From Mobula hypostoma (taxonomy: Eukaryota), in NCBI RefSeq assembly GCF_963921235.1, contig NC_086107.1, forward strand, positions 92,692,001 to 92,756,000: DNA of 64,000 nt, read 5' to 3'. The first letter of the stretch is position 1; every line of letters begins with the position of its first letter. Positions 1 through 13,307 of the stretch are shown here, piece after piece. The notes under the pieces were generated by a model. It was given only the letters and a program-made list of their open reading frames with translations. It made no database searches and was not told where the DNA came from. The translations under genes were made by a program, and so were the position numbers.

Positions 1-4
1 GCTG

Positions 5-150
5 GCTTCCTCAACGAACAGCACTAGGCAAAGCAGATGATTCTGTCACGCATCACATTAGTGTTTATGGGAGTCTGCTGTGGGATATATTGGCAACCAC
101 ATCTCCTGCAGTTCAAAAGTGGCCGTGTTTCTAAATGCATCCCACTGTGA
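5..150 (+). mobile_element. Ancient Deu-domain SINE relic (AmnSINE1/SacSINE1-like)
   Basis: cctcaac..cact..cagat..atcacatt.gtgtttatgggagtctgctgtg...attggc..cc resembles the Deu-domain consensus as I recall it; highly diverged. Confidence 0.5.
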
Positions 151-619
151 ATATTTTACCAGAATTAGTTCCAGGCTGGTTACACATTCTTCCTCCTCTG
201 CAGCATGAGCTGAGGATGGTTCAGAATTTAAGGCACATTAGATGGGAGGTTACAGCTGAGAGGCCTGGGTTAAAATCCAGTCCTGGCCCATGTGGTGGAC
301 AATCTGTCTTGATTGTTGTTGCTGTGTTCAAACTGGCTTTTGATTAGGCAGAAATATTTTTAACAAAATATAAATTACCTGGGGAATTGTCAGGCTTAGT
401 GGCTTATCATATTTATGTTTCCTGCAGCTACAGGTTCCATATATCATATGTTCCTACAAAGTAGAAGTCCATTTGGTCCATCCATTCTATGCTGGCTCAC
501 AGAGCAATCCCATTTTACCACTGGGTTTCCTTTGAAACAGATACAATTGTGCTGTTTAAGAGGCTGGTAGATTGAGACATGAATATGCATGGAATGTAGA
601 TCTTGTACAAGCAGAAGCT

Positions 620-1695
620 TGGCATTTATATTAATGATTTGGATGATAATGTGGTTAACTGGATCAGCAAATTTGAGGATGACACTAAGATTGGGGGTGT
701 AGTAGACAACGAGGCTATCAAAGCTTGCAGAGAGATCTGGACCAGCTGGAAAAATGGGCTGAGAAATGGCAGATGGGATTTAATGCAGATAAGTGTGAAG
801 TGTTGTATTTTGGATGCACAAGCCAGGGTAAGATTTACACAGTGAACGGCAGGGCACTAAGGATTACGGTAGAACAACAGGATCTGGGAATACAGATCCA
901 TAATTCCTTCAAAGTGGCATCACAGGTAGTTAGGGTCGTAAGGAGAGCTTTTGGCACATTGGCACATTATCTACAGGAAAGATATCAACGAGATTGAAGG
1001 AGTACATAGAAAATTTACAAAGACATTGCTGGAACTTGAGGACCTGAGTTACAGGGAAAGGTTCAAAAGGTTAGGACATTATACTTCATACTTTATTGTG
1101 GCCAAACAATTGATACTAGAACGTACAATCATCATAGCGATATTTGATTCTGTGCTTCCCGCTCCCTGGATTTCAAATCGATAGTAAATATTAAAAATTT
1201 AAATTATAAATCATAAATAGAAAATAGAAAAATGGAAAGTAAGGTAGTGCAAAAAAACTGAGAGGCAGGTCCGGATATTTGAAGGGTACAGCCCAGATCC
1301 GGGTCAGGATCCGTTCAGCAGTTTTATCACAGCATTCCCTGGAGTTTAGGAGAATGAGGGGATTTGATAGAGCTATACAAAATTATGAGGGGTATAGATA
1401 GGATAAATACAATCAAGCTTTTTCCACGGAGGTTCGAGAGTCTAGAACTAGAGGTCATGGGTGTAATGTTTAAGGGTTACCAGAGGAGGAACTTCACCCA
1501 CAGGTTGGTGAGGGTGTGGAACAAGTGGCAGAGGATGGTTTGATTGCAGCATTTAAGAGCAGTTTGGATAAGCACATGGACGGTGAGGAGAGCTATCATC
1601 CAAGTGTAGATCAATGGGATGAGGCAGAGAATCAGATTGGCACGGACTAGATGGGCCAAAGGGCCTACTTCAGTACTGTAGGGCTGTATGGCTCT
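620..1695 (+). mobile_element. CR1/HER1-type LINE ORF2 3' fragment, interrupted by a Rex1 tail
   Basis: IYINDLD..SKFEDDTKIGG (degenerate FADD RT motif), QRDLDQLEKWAEKWQMGFNADKCEV; CR1 3' tail gggccaaagggcct. Confidence 0.9.
1078..1332 (-). mobile_element. Rex1/Babar-type LINE 3' end with (TAAAGTA)n tail
   Basis: Reverse complement of the copy at 47105-47477, which carries PSGRR..GNSFFP-type coding remnant; splits the CR1 at ggacattat|cattccctgg. Confidence 0.75.
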
Positions 1696-2069
1696 AGAAC
1701 TCGAAGTGAGTTAGTTTAATTCGGTGTAGACATCATGGGCCTGTCTCGAGCTGATCTGTTCCACTTCCAACAATCCATGTTCTGTCCTCCTCATATTCCC
1801 ATTGACTCTCTCCAGATTCTGCTTCTCACCTACCCACCTGAGGAAATTTGCAGTCGACAATTTCCCTTTCCAAGCCAATATCTTTGGGATGTGGGAGGGG
1901 TTCAGAGGCCTTGGAGGGAAACTCACATACTCAGCTATAAACTCCAGACAGACAGCACCAGCAGGTCTCTTTGTGTTGTAAGGTAGTGTCCGTACAGACC
2001 CACTAACACCAGCGTACTGGAGAAGGCCAACATGAACAGCATTTCCAGCATGAGAAAGCAATTCCAACT

Positions 2070-2107
2070 CAGTCCTGATGAAGGGTCTCGGCCCGAAACG
2101 TCGACTG
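2070..2107 (+). ncRNA. Minimal type I hammerhead ribozyme motif in Penelope terminal repeat (intact)
   Basis: CAGTC-CTGATGA-A-GGGT(CTCG)GCCC-GAAAC-GTC-GACTG: stem I CAGTC/GACTG, catalytic boxes CUGAUGA and GAAAC, GUC cleavage triplet (cut after 2102), loopless palindromic stem III ACGT. Confidence 0.8.
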
Positions 2108-2619
2108 TACTCTTTTCCTAAGATGCTGCCCGGCCTGCTGAGTTCCTCCAGCACAGTGTGTGTGTATGTGTGTGGTGCTCCAGTGGGTAGGTTGTGTTTC
2201 ATATCTCCCCAAACAGATCTTTTATTCCCAGTTGTAGGAAGCTTAGAGAGCCCCTGGTGAGCAAAGGAAACACTCTAAAGACAACATCAAAATCAGGCTG
2301 AGAAAAAAATCATCTAAAAACTGGGAAGACATTGCACCTTATAGAATCTGTTCGAGAGGGAGGCACACGACATGAGAATGACTTTCTCTGTGCTGCTGAG
2401 AACAAGTAGCAGCTGTGAAAGACAACCGAAAGACACGAGCACTTACCACAGCCACCAATTACTCATATCCACACTGCACCGGAAGATGGGGATCCTGGAT
2501 CAGCTTATACAGCCACCTGAGGAAAAACCGATAGACAACCCCTTGGGAGAATACCATACTCGACTCGAGTGATCACTACAATGCTGACTACTGTACTCGT
2601 GTGAACCTGGTTGTGATGA

Positions 2620-2890
2620 ACAAAACAACAGCTTGCCTTTAATATAGCAAGGTGCCCTCCAGAGGCATTATCAGAAAAGCCTCTTTCAGACTATAACCAA
2701 ACCAAGTTGGCACTATGTGAAGGTTAGGCTAGAGAGATTTTAAGGACCGTGTCCCAGGAGGAAAGAAAGAGGGAAAGAACTGCCAAAACTTAAAGACCTC
2801 TGCAAATGAACTTGGCCAACGTCGACTGAGTGATTTAAAAAAATGGGATGAGTAAGAGTTTTGGGATTGAAGGAGCACAGAGATCCTGGA
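2620..2890 (-). mobile_element. Old L2 LINE 3' relic
   Basis: aacaacagcttgcctttaatatagc tail plus downstream similarity to the common chondrichthyan L2 3' end (from memory). Confidence 0.45.
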
Positions 2891-2902
2891 GCACTTTACG
2901 TA

Positions 2903-3678
2903 GGTGGCTACTGCACAGGATCGAAGTAAGCTGCAGAGAATTGTAAAATTAGTCAGCTCCATCATGGCCACTAGTCTTCATAGTATCCAGGACATCTTTA
3001 AGGAATTGTGCCTCAAAAAGGCAGCATCCACCATTAAGGATGCCCATCACCCAGGACATGCCCTGTTCTCATTGCTACCATCAGGAAGGAGGTACAGAAG
3101 CCTGAAGGCGCACACTCAACGATTCAGGAACAGCTTCTTCCCCTCTGCCATCCGATTCCAAATGGTATTTGAACCCATGAACACTACCTCACTACTTTTT
3201 TATTTCCTTTTTTTTGTTCTACTTATTAACATATATAGACCTAGTGTAATTCACAGATTGTTTTCTCTCAATTATCATTTTTTTATTTATTCATTTACGT
3301 GATGCGGGCATCACCAGCTAATCCCATGCCTAGTTGCCCACCCTTGTGAAGGTGGTGATGAACTGCCTTCTTGAACCCCTGCAGTCCCTGAGGTGTAGGT
3401 GCACCCACAGCGCTGCTAGGGAGGGAATTCCATGATATTGACCCAGCGACAATGAAGGAACGACGATATGTTTCCAAGTCAGGATGGTGAGTGACTTGGA
3501 GGGGGATTTCCAAGTGGCGGTGTTCCCAGATTTCAGCTGTTCTTGTCCCTTTAGGTGGTAGTGTTCGTGGGACTAGAAGGTGTATCATGTATTTCATTGC
3601 ACTGCTGCCATAAAGTTAACAAATTTCACAACATATGCCAGTGATATTAAATCTGATTCAGGTGACTCTGATTCTGAT
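2903..3678 (+). mobile_element. Rex1/Babar-type LINE 3' fragment with a nested minus-strand CR1/L2-group LINE 3' end (3297-3580)
   Basis: HPGHALFSLLPSGRRYRSLKAHTQRFRNSFFPSAIR; (ATTCTG)n-like tail; nested ORF ...RRSFIVAGSISWNSLP..LQGFKKAVHHHL. Confidence 0.85.
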
Positions 3679-4124
3679 GAAGACACCCAGTGAGGATTGG
3701 AAGATAGGATTAAGCATTTTATAATCTAATGTTGCTTAACGAGGGGCCATTGCACCAGTCACTACATCATTTTATAGCAGGGGTAAGTGAAATCGATTTG
3801 GATGCAAGGGAGGAAGAGCCACGGGGTGCACCTAGTTTTGAGTGGTATGTTAACAGAGCATGTAGACAGAATACGGTGGGGGCACAGAAGAGTGGCAGTT
3901 AGTGCAATTGTTTTACAATGTCAGCGATCCCTGATCGGGGTTCAATTCCCGCTACTGTCTGCAAGTATGTTCTCCCAGTAACCACGTGGGTTTACTCTGG
4001 GTGCTGCAGTTTCCTCCAGGAACTACAATTTCCTCCCACACGGGTTAGGGTTAGTAAGTTGTGGGTCTGCTATGTTGGTGCCAGAAGCATGGAAATACTT
4101 ATGGACATGACAGCACATTCTTAT

Positions 4125-4480
4125 AACCATATAACCATATAACAATTGCAACACAGAAACAGGCCATCTCGACCCTTCTATTCCGTGCCAAACTCTTACT
4201 CTCACCTAGTCCCACCGACCTGCACTCAGCCCATGACCCTCCATTCCTTACCTGTCCATATACCTATCCAATTTTTTTTTTAATTACAAAATTCAACCTA
4301 CCTCTATCACTTCTACTGGAAGCTCGTTCCACACAGCTACCACTCTCTGAGTAAAGAAGATCCCCCTCGTGTTACCCCTAAACTTTTGCCCCTTAACTCT
4401 CAACTCATGCCCTCTTGTTTGAATCTCCCCTACTCTCAATGGAAAAAGACTATCCACGTCAACTCTATCCATCCCCCACA
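4125..4480 (-). mobile_element. CR1/HER1 3' end with (ATATGGTT)n tail
   Basis: GMDRVDVDSLFP..TRGHELRVKG.KFRGNTRGIFFTQRVVAVWNELP. Confidence 0.9.
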
Positions 4481-5371
4481 CAATTCTTGGATTGTGTTGG
4501 TCACTCAACGTCCTGAGAATGAATGGTTCTGGGGATGTCTGAAGCTCACAGAGATGTACACTCACAAAGGGGCAAGACTGAAGCCAGAGCATAAGACCAC
4601 AAGATCATTAGGCATTGGAGCAGAATTAGGCTATTCAGCCCAACAAGTCTGTCATGGCTGATTTATTATCCCACTCATTCTCCTGCATTCTCCCTTAACC
4701 TTTGACACCTTTACTAATCAAGAACCTATCAAACTCTGCTTCAAACATACCTAATGACTGGCAAAGGATTCCGCAGTGTCTCTGGCTAAAGAAATTCACC
4801 CATCTCTGTTCTAAAGGGACGTCCCTCTACTCTGAGGCTGTTCCCTCTGGTCCTAGACTCCCCAGCTATGGGGAAAATCCTCACCACATCCACTCTATCG
4901 AGGCCTTTCAATAGGTTCCAGTGAGATTTCTAAACTTGAGTGAGTGCAGGCCCAGAGTCAACAAACGCTCCTCATGCATTAACCCTTTCATTCCCAGAAA
5001 CGTTCTTATGAACCTTCTCTGGGACCTCTCTAATGCCAATACCCAGGTACCACAGTGGCGCCACAGGTGGAGTCACTGCCTCACATCTCCGGAGATCTGG
5101 GTTCTATCCTGACCTTGGCGCTGTCTGTGCAGAATTTGTACGTGGTCCCTGTGAGCTTCAGATGCTCTGATTTCCTCCCACATTCCAAATGGGTGCGAGT
5201 TGGTCCACTGTACAGTGTCCCTACTGTAGGTGAGAGGCTGAACTTGTGGGCAGTTAATAAGAGAGTGGGGAGAATAAAGTACAGAGAAAATTAGTCGGAA
5301 TAAGATTGACCTCTGAGGTGGCATAGGCTCGATGGCTTGGCTTGAAATAGGAAATCTGGTAATATAGTATT

Positions 5372-5708
5372 CATTCATTCATTACGTGCTGAGTCGTAGG
5401 ACGTGGGCAATCATGATCTTTCCATGACTATGATTGCCCTTGGCAATGTTTTCTACAAGAAGTGATTTGCCATTGCCTTCTTCTGGGCAGTGCCTTTAGA
5501 AGACGGGTGACCCCAGCCATTATCAATACCCTTCAGAGATTGTCTAGCATCAGTGGTCGCATTACCAGGACCAGCTGCTCTAATCGGGTGGGGGTGGGTG
5601 GCGGGTAGGCTAAGCCGGTGCTACACCTTGCCCAAGGGTGGTCTGCAGGCTAGCGAAGGGACGCAGCGTCTTACACCTCCTTAGTAGAGACGTATCTCCA
5701 CCCCACCA
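5372..5708 (-). mobile_element. Non-autonomous RTE-tailed retroelement, copy 1
   Basis: Reverse complement of 16997-17315; BovA/RTE-like GGCAATGGCAAA.CACTT..TTGCCAAG tail and (ATGA)n end. Confidence 0.65.
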
Positions 5709-6981
5709 CATGATTCCACCATGTCAAAAAGGCAAGTTTCCCCAAAGGCGTGTAGCCAACTGTACCCCCCTCACTTGTTCTCAGGTATTAAAGCAAGTGT
5801 TCAAGAATAGTGTCAGACCATTCAGTTTAGACACGATCGTCCTGTGAATTTTATTGCAGGGCTAAGCTGGTACGTCACCAAAGACTCCAGCAAATTTCCG
5901 CAGGTGTATCCTGTAGAGCACTCTGAGTGGCTGTACCACCGTCTGGTATGGAGACTCCAATGCACAGGGTCGAAGAAAGCTGCAGAGAATTGTAAGCTCA
6001 GCCCGCTCCACCCTCCCCGCCATCGAGGACATCTTCAAAAGGCAATGCCTCAGGAAGGCAGCATCAATCATTAAGGACCCCCAACCACCCAGGACATGCT
6101 CTCTTCTCATTATTACCATCAGGGAGAAAGCACAGGAGCCTGAAGACACACACTCAGCGCTCTAGGAACAGCTTCTTCCCCTCTACCATCAGATTTCTGA
6201 ATGGTCCATGAACCCATGAATGCTACTTCACTATTTTTGAACTACTATATATATGGATATTCAGTATATAAATACTGAAATTATATACGGTATCCCTTTA
6301 TACTGTATATAGAGAAATATACAGTAAAGAAATACTGTATATTTCTTTAAAAATAAGAAATATTTGTATATATAGTTCTTACTGTATTGACCGTACTGCT
6401 GCCACAAAGAAGCACATTTCATGATATATTTCCTTGATAATAAACTTGATTCTGATTGTGATTCTGGCTTTGACTGGCAGCCCTTGTTGATTTAAGACTT
6501 CCCCCAGCTTGTCCCTGCAAAGTATTTCTCTGCTGCACTTGCTCACATTGAGAAAGCTGCTCTCCAAGTGAGATGGATGGGCCACAAGATCTCAGTGGAT
6601 AGCCGGCAATGAAACGGTATGTAATATTCAGGGAGTGCGTGATTTCATTGCAGTCGGGCAAAACAGATGGAGCAGGGTGTATTTTCTTTTGTCTGTGAAG
6701 GATTGTTGAGCCAGGAGCTGCTAGAAATTTATGGCATGTCATTATTCTGTTCCCTTCTGCATTTATATTCAAATCTGTTTGACAAGTTTTAGCCTAAACT
6801 GCAGTTTAGTGAAGTGGTTGATTCCACTATCTTCCTTTGTCAGAGAATATTATATCAAGGCACGTTTAAACAGAGGTTTTATTGTTTAATCATTGAGAGA
6901 GCTGTAATTTCATTCATACATTCATAGGATGAGGGCATCGTTGGTAAAACCAACACTAATTATCCAACAGTAATTAACCTT

Positions 6982-7196
6982 CAACACACATAAAAGTTGC
7001 TGGTGAAGGCAGCAGGCTAGGCAGCATCTCTAGGAAGAGGTACAGTCGACGTTTCAGGCTGAGACCCTTCGTCAGGACTTAGCCTGAAACGGCGACTGTA
7101 CCTCTTCCTAAAGATGCTGCCTGGCCTGCTGCGTTCACCAGCAACTTTTATGTGTGTTGCTTGAATTTCCAGCATCTGCAGAATTCCTGTTGTTTT
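6982..7196. mobile_element. Penelope-like inverted terminal-repeat pair with 13-bp TSD and hammerhead motif (7043-7079, minus strand)
   Basis: ~80-bp near-perfect inverted arms; TSD AGTAATTAACCTT (6969-6981) / AGCAATTAACCTT (7197-7209). Confidence 0.85.
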
Positions 7197-7571
7197 AGCA
7201 ATTAACCTTACAGACTGGGATTTCAAAAGGCAATTAAATGTCCCTCTGCTGAACTACCTATCAGAATTAGAAGCAGAATCACATTTATTACCACTGGTGA
7301 TTTCTTTATTTAGGGGTACAGTGCCGAATAGGCCTTTCCAGATACACCACCCAGAAACTATCTACTAACACTAGCCTAATCACAGGACACTGTACAATTA
7401 ACCTACTAACTGGTACATCATTGGAGTGTGGGAGGATCCTGTAAAATGTCAGATTGCCAAATGGTCTCCCTGACGACTACACCTACGGGGACTGCACCCA
7501 ACCTCAGCTCCTGACCGACAAGGTCAGGGAACTGGATCTGAAGCTGGATGCATTCTGGATCATCCAGGAGG

Positions 7572-8325
7572 TCAAATATGATGGCAGAATATAGTATTAA
7601 TGGTAAGGCTCTTGGCAGTGTGGAGGATGAGAGGGATCTTGGGGTCCGAGTCCATAGGATGCTCAAAGCATCTGCGCAGGTTGACTCTGTGGTGAAGAAG
7701 ACGTGCATTGGCCTTCATCGATCGTGGAATTGAATTTAGGAGCTGAGAGGTAATGTTGCAGCTATATAGGACCCTGGTCAGACCCCACTTGGAGTACTGT
7801 GCTCAGTTCTGGTTGCCTCACTACAGGAAGGATGTGGAAACCATAGAAAGGGTGTAGAGGAGATTTACAAGGATGTTGCCTGGATTGGGGAGCATGCCTT
7901 ATGAAAACGGGTTGAGTGAACTCGGCCTTTTCTCCTTGAAGCGACGGAGGATGAGAGGTGACCTGATAGAGCTGTATAAGATGATGAAAGGCATTGATCA
8001 TGTGGGTAGTCAGAGGCTTTTACCCAGGGCTGAAATGGCTAGCATGAGAGGGCACAGTTTTAAGGTGCTGGTGAGTAGGTACGGAGGAGATGTCAGGGGT
8101 AAGTTTTTTACGCAGAGAGGGTAAGTGCGTGGAATGGTCTGCCGGCGGTGGTGGTGGAGGCAGGTACGATAGAGTCTTTTAAGAGACCTTTAGATCGGTG
8201 CACGGAGCTTAGAAAAATAGAGGGCTATGGGTAACCCGAGGTAATTTCTAAGGTAGGAACATGTTCGGCACAACTTTGTGGGCCGAAGAGCCTGTATTGT
8301 GCTGTGGGTTTTCTATGTTTCTATG
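7572..8325 (+). mobile_element. Younger CR1/HER1 3' fragment nested in the old CR1
   Basis: EDERDLGVRVH, LVRPHLEYCAQFW, RRRMRGDLIE; tail ttctatgtttctatg. Confidence 0.9.
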
Positions 8326-9577
8326 ACACATTTACAGAGCTGGGCACACCCAGAGTGCAGGCTTTAGACAGTAGAAGGGTGACCGTCGGGAGCGGTAAGG
8401 GGAGTAAGGGGTCAGTGCACCAAGTAGACCCCTTTGGATGATGCTGGAGGGGAGGATCTACCCGGGCACAGCAGCGACGGAGACACTGTGGCTGGCTCTG
8501 AGGATCAGCAGAGGAGGGTAAAGTTAAGCAAAGCGATAGAGACAGGAGACTTGGTAGTTGGGGGGGGGGGGGGAGACAGGAGATTCGGTGGCTGTGAAAA
8601 AGATGCCAGGATGTGTTGCCTCCCAGATGCTTGGGTCTAGGATGTCCCAAAGCAGCTGTTGGGCATTCTCAAGGGGAAGAGTGAGCAGCCAGAGGCTGGA
8701 GTGCACATTGGCACCAATGACATGGGTATAAAGGGGAAGGTGGTCCTGTGCTGTGAGGATAGGGAGATAGGGAAGAGGCTAAAGAGCAAGACCTCCAAGG
8801 TAGTAATCTCTGGATTACTCCAAGTGCCACGTGCTAGTCAGGGCAGGAATGGGAAGTTAGTACAGATGAATGAGCGGCTGAGGAACTGGTGCCAGGAACA
8901 GAGTTTCAGGCTCTCGGATAGTTTGAATCTTTCCTGGGGCAGGGTGACCTGTACAAGAAGGACGGGTTGCAATGGAAATGGAGGGGAACCAATATCCTGG
9001 CCGGGACGTACATGAATGGAGGGTTTAAACTAGTTTGGCAGGGGGATGGGAAACAGAGCACCAGGTCAGAAAGCGGAGGGATGGAGAGGAAAGTAGATAT
9101 CAGGGCCAGTAAAAACAGACAGCAGCAAAGTAATAGATACGAAAAGAAGGATAGTTTGAAGTGTGTGTATTTTAATGCAAGGAATATCATGGATAAAGGT
9201 AATGACGGAGCATGGATCATTACATGGAACTATGATGTTGTGGCCATTTCAGAGACTTGCTTGAGAGAGGGACAGGAATGTGTGATTAATGTCCCAGGGG
9301 TTTGATGTTTTAGAAAAGATAGAGAGGGAGTTTATAGAGCTGAGGGATTTACGCTACTGATTAGGGACAATATCACAGCTGCACTCCGAGAGGCATAATG
9401 GAGGTTTTGTTCAGTGAGTCTATATGGGTAGAACTCAAAAATAGGAAAGGTGCAGTCAGTCTGATGGGATTGTACTACAGACCCCCGTAATAGCCACCAA
9501 GACATTAAGGAACAGATACACTGACAGATTAAGGAAGAGTGTAGAAACAATAGGGTTATTATCATTGGGGACTTCAA

Positions 9578-10230
9578 CATAGAACATAGAATAGTACAGC
9601 CCATTACAGGCCCTTCGGCCCACAATGTTGTGCCGACCCTCAAACCCTGTCTCCCATATAACCCCCCACCTTAAATTCCTCCATATACCTGTCTAGTAGT
9701 CTCTTAAACTTCACCAGTGTATCTGACTCCACCAGTGACTCAGGCAGTGTATTCCACGCACCAACCACTCTCTGAGTAAAAAATCTTCCTCTAATATCCC
9801 CCTTGAACTTCCCACCCCTTACCTTAAAGCCATGTCCTCTTGTATTGAGCAGTGGTGCCCTGGGGAAGAGGCACTGGCTATCCACTCTATCTATTCCTCT
9901 TATTATCTTGTACACCTCTATCATGTCTCCTCTCATCCTCCTTCTCTCCAAAGAGTAAAGCCCTAGCTCCCTTAATCTCTGATCATAATGCATACTCTCT
10001 AAACCAGGCAGCATCCTAGTAAATCTCCTCTGTACCCTTTCCAATACTTCCACATCCTTCCTATAATGAGGTGACCAGAACTGGACACAGTACTCCAAGT
10101 GTGGCCTAACCAGAGTTTTATAGAGCTGCATCATTACATTGCGACTCTTAAACTCTATCCCTCGACTTATGAAAGCTAATACTCCATAAGCTTTCTTAAC
10201 TACCCTATCCACCTGTGAGGCAACTTTTAG
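9578..10230 (-). mobile_element. Young CR1/HER1 3' fragment with uninterrupted ORF2 C-terminus (190 aa)
   Basis: ORF 9640-10212 open throughout (LVRPHLEYCVQFWSPHYRKD...FFTQRVVGAWN); (TTCTATG)n tail. Confidence 0.95.
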
Positions 10231-10989
10231 GAGGAGGAGGGAACTCCCTCTCTAACTTTCCTATATAACCTGGGACCTTCTGAGTGCAAGAAGTTTAGAC
10301 GGGGCAGAATTTGATAGGTGCATCCAGGAGGGTTTCTTAAATCAATATATAGATAGTCCATCAAGAGGAGGGGCAGTACTGGACCTGGTGCTGGGTAATG
10401 AGCCTAGCCGGATGACTGACCTTTCAGTGAATGAACAGTTAGGGAACAGTGACCACAACTCATCAAGTTTTAAGATAGCTATAGATTAGGATAGGTGGGC
10501 GAGTACTATATTGAAACAAGACGAATTATGAGTGTATTAGGTAGGAACCAGGGAGGTTTAATTGGTAACCGCTGTTTTTGGGAAGTCTATATCTGGCACG
10601 TGGAGGGGATTTAAAGACTAATTGCACAGAATCCAGGACAGGTATCTCTGGTCAGAAGGAAGGTAAGAGAACCTTGGATATTGAGAAAGGTGATGAATTT
10701 AGTCAAGAAGAAAAAAGAAAAGTATGTAAAGCTTAGGAAGCTAAAATCAAACAGAGATCTTGAGGATTATAAAGATGCCAGAAAAGAACTCAAGAAGGGA
10801 ATTAGGAATTAGGAAAGCCAGGAGGGACCTGAAAAGTCCTTGCCAAGTAGCATTCTGTACGTACACCAGGAGCAAGAGGATAACAATGGACAGGATGGGA
10901 CAGGACCATTCAGAGATAATGTGGGGAATGCTTGCTTGGACATGGAAGATGTGGGTGAGGTTCTTAATGAGTACTTAACATCAGTATAA

Positions 10990-12290
10990 AATAGGCCGTA
11001 GTCAGCCTGGTTTCCTCAAGGGAAAATCTTGCCTGACAAATCTGTTGGAACTCTTTGAAGAAATAACAAGCAGGATAGATAAAGAATCTGTTGATGTTGA
11101 GTACTTGGATTTTCTGAAGGCCTTTGACAAGGTGCCACACACGAGGCTGCTTAACAAGCTACGAGCCCGTGGTATTACAGGAAAGATTCTAGCTGGATAA
11201 AGCAGTGGCTGATGGGCAGGAGGCAAAGAATGGAAATAAAGGGGGCCTTTTCTGGTTGACTGCCGGTGACTAGTGGTGTTCCACAAGGGTCTGTGTTGGG
11301 ACCGATTCTTTTTATGTTATATGTCAATGATTTGGATGATGGACTTGATGGCCTTGTTGCAAAGTTTGCAGACGATGTGAAGATAGGTGGAGGGGCAGAT
11401 AGCTTTGAGGAAGTAGAGAGGCTACAGAAGGACTTAGACAGATTAGAATAGTCAAAGAAATGGCAGATGGAATACAGTTTTGGGAAATGTATGGTCATAT
11501 ATTTTGGTAGAAGAAATGAAAGGGTTAACTATTTTCCAAATAGCGAGAAAATACAAAACACTGAGATGCAAAGGGATTTGGGAGTCCTTGGGCAGGATTC
11601 CCTAAAGGTGAATTTGCAGGTTGAATCTGTGGTGAGGAAGGCTAATGCAATGTTAGCATTCATTTCAAGAGGACTAGAATATAAAAGCAAGGATGTAATG
11701 TTGAAACTTTATAAAGTACTAGTGAGGCCTCACTTGGAGTATTGTGAGCAGGTATGGTGTCCCTTATCTTAGAAAGGATGTGCTGAAACTGGAGAGGATT
11801 CAAAGGACGTTCACAAGAATGATTCCAGGATTGATTGACTTGTCGTATGAAGGGCTTCTGACGGTTCTGGGCCTGTATTCACTAGAGTTCTGAAGAATGA
11901 GGGGGCAACCTCATTAAAACCTACCAAATGGTGAAAAGTCTTGATAGAGGGGACGTGGAGAGGATGTTTCCTATGGTGGGAGAGTCAAAGACCAAATGAC
12001 ACAGCCTCAGAACAGAGGATGCCTATTTAGAATGGAGATGGGGAGGAATTTCTTTAGCCAGAGAGTGGTGAATCTGTGGAATTCTTTGCCACTGGCAGCT
12101 GTGGAGGCAACGCCTTTATGTATATTTAAGGCAGAGGTTGATAGATTCTTGATTGGTCAGGGCATGAAGGGATATGGGGAGAAGGCAGGAGATTGTGGCT
12201 GAGAGGAAAATTGGATCAGCCATGATGAAATAGTGGAGCAGACTCTATGGCCCAAATTCTACTTCTATATCTTATGATCTTATGGTCTAT
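10990..12290 (+). mobile_element. CR1 RT-to-tail fragment of a second subfamily nested in the old CR1
   Basis: [34 protein letters not shown]; tail cttatgatcttatggtc. Confidence 0.92.
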
Positions 12291-13073
12291 GGTACTTATC
12301 GAGGAGTAGGACTTGGGGGATTGGGAGATCAGTGCTGAGCATATTGATATGCTAGAGCATTTTGAGGTAAGGGAGGAGGTAGGGTTCGGTCTCCTAAAGA
12401 GTATTAAGGTGGATAAATCTCCAGGGCCTGGTGGGATATACCCCAAGATATTGAGAGAGGCAAGAGAAGAGATTGCTGGGCCCTGGGCCAATATCCTCTT
12501 TAGCCACAGATGAAGTCTGGCAAGTAGCTAATCTTCCATTAGTCAAGAAGGGAACTAGGGATAATCCTGGAATTTATAGACTGGTGAGTCTCTCATCAGT
12601 GGTAGGGAAGTTATCAAATGGAGAAAGTTCTTAGGGATTGGATTTATGAGCATTTGGAAAACCATAGCCCATTTAGGGAGACGCCATCATGGTTTTGTGC
12701 TGGGCTAGTTGTGTCTTACTAACTTGATGAGGTGATGAGGGTGATTGATGAAGGTAGAGCTGTAGATGTTGTCTGTGGATTTTAGTAAGGCGTTTGACAA
12801 GGTCCTTCATGGGAGGCTCATCCAGTGTATTAAGATGCATGGGATCTATAGTGAATTGGCTGTTTGGATTCTGAACTGGCTTGCCCATAGAAGACAGAGA
12901 CTAGTGGTTGAAAGGACTTATTCTAGCTAGAGGGCAATCATTAACGGTGCTCCACAGGGATCTGTACTGGGGCCTCTGTCGTTTGTGATGTGTATAAATG
13001 ACCTAGAAGAAAGTGTAGATAGGTGAGTTGGTAAGTTGGCAGATGATAAGAAGATTGATGGTGTTGTGGGTAG

Positions 13074-13307
13074 TGTTATGTTTTGTAACTCCAGAAACTA
13101 ATTGAAAGATAAACACGGGAACCAAGTATGCGTGTCTACTTTGTTTTATTTTAGCGCACATATATGATGCGGCGGAATAATTACATATGCTGTTCATTTA
13201 GTTTTACATATAACCCATAATGCATTATGCAAACTCAAAGAATGATCAATGAAATAATATATTTAACAATATTACTCAAATATTACTGAAATATTGAACA
13301 CTCTACA
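13074..13307 (-). mobile_element. Probable solo LTR (234 bp)
   Basis: AT-rich insert interrupting CR1 RT, TGT...ACA termini, flanks GGTAG/GGTGG, minus-strand AATAAA near 13145-13150. Confidence 0.55.

Noticed and set aside
6505..6620. Exon-like segment (cccAG ... GTATGT) as a possible upstream syt3 exon
   Set aside because: Translation shows no C2B sequence (expected PYVK..KKRKT..LNP); the upstream exon must lie outside the window.
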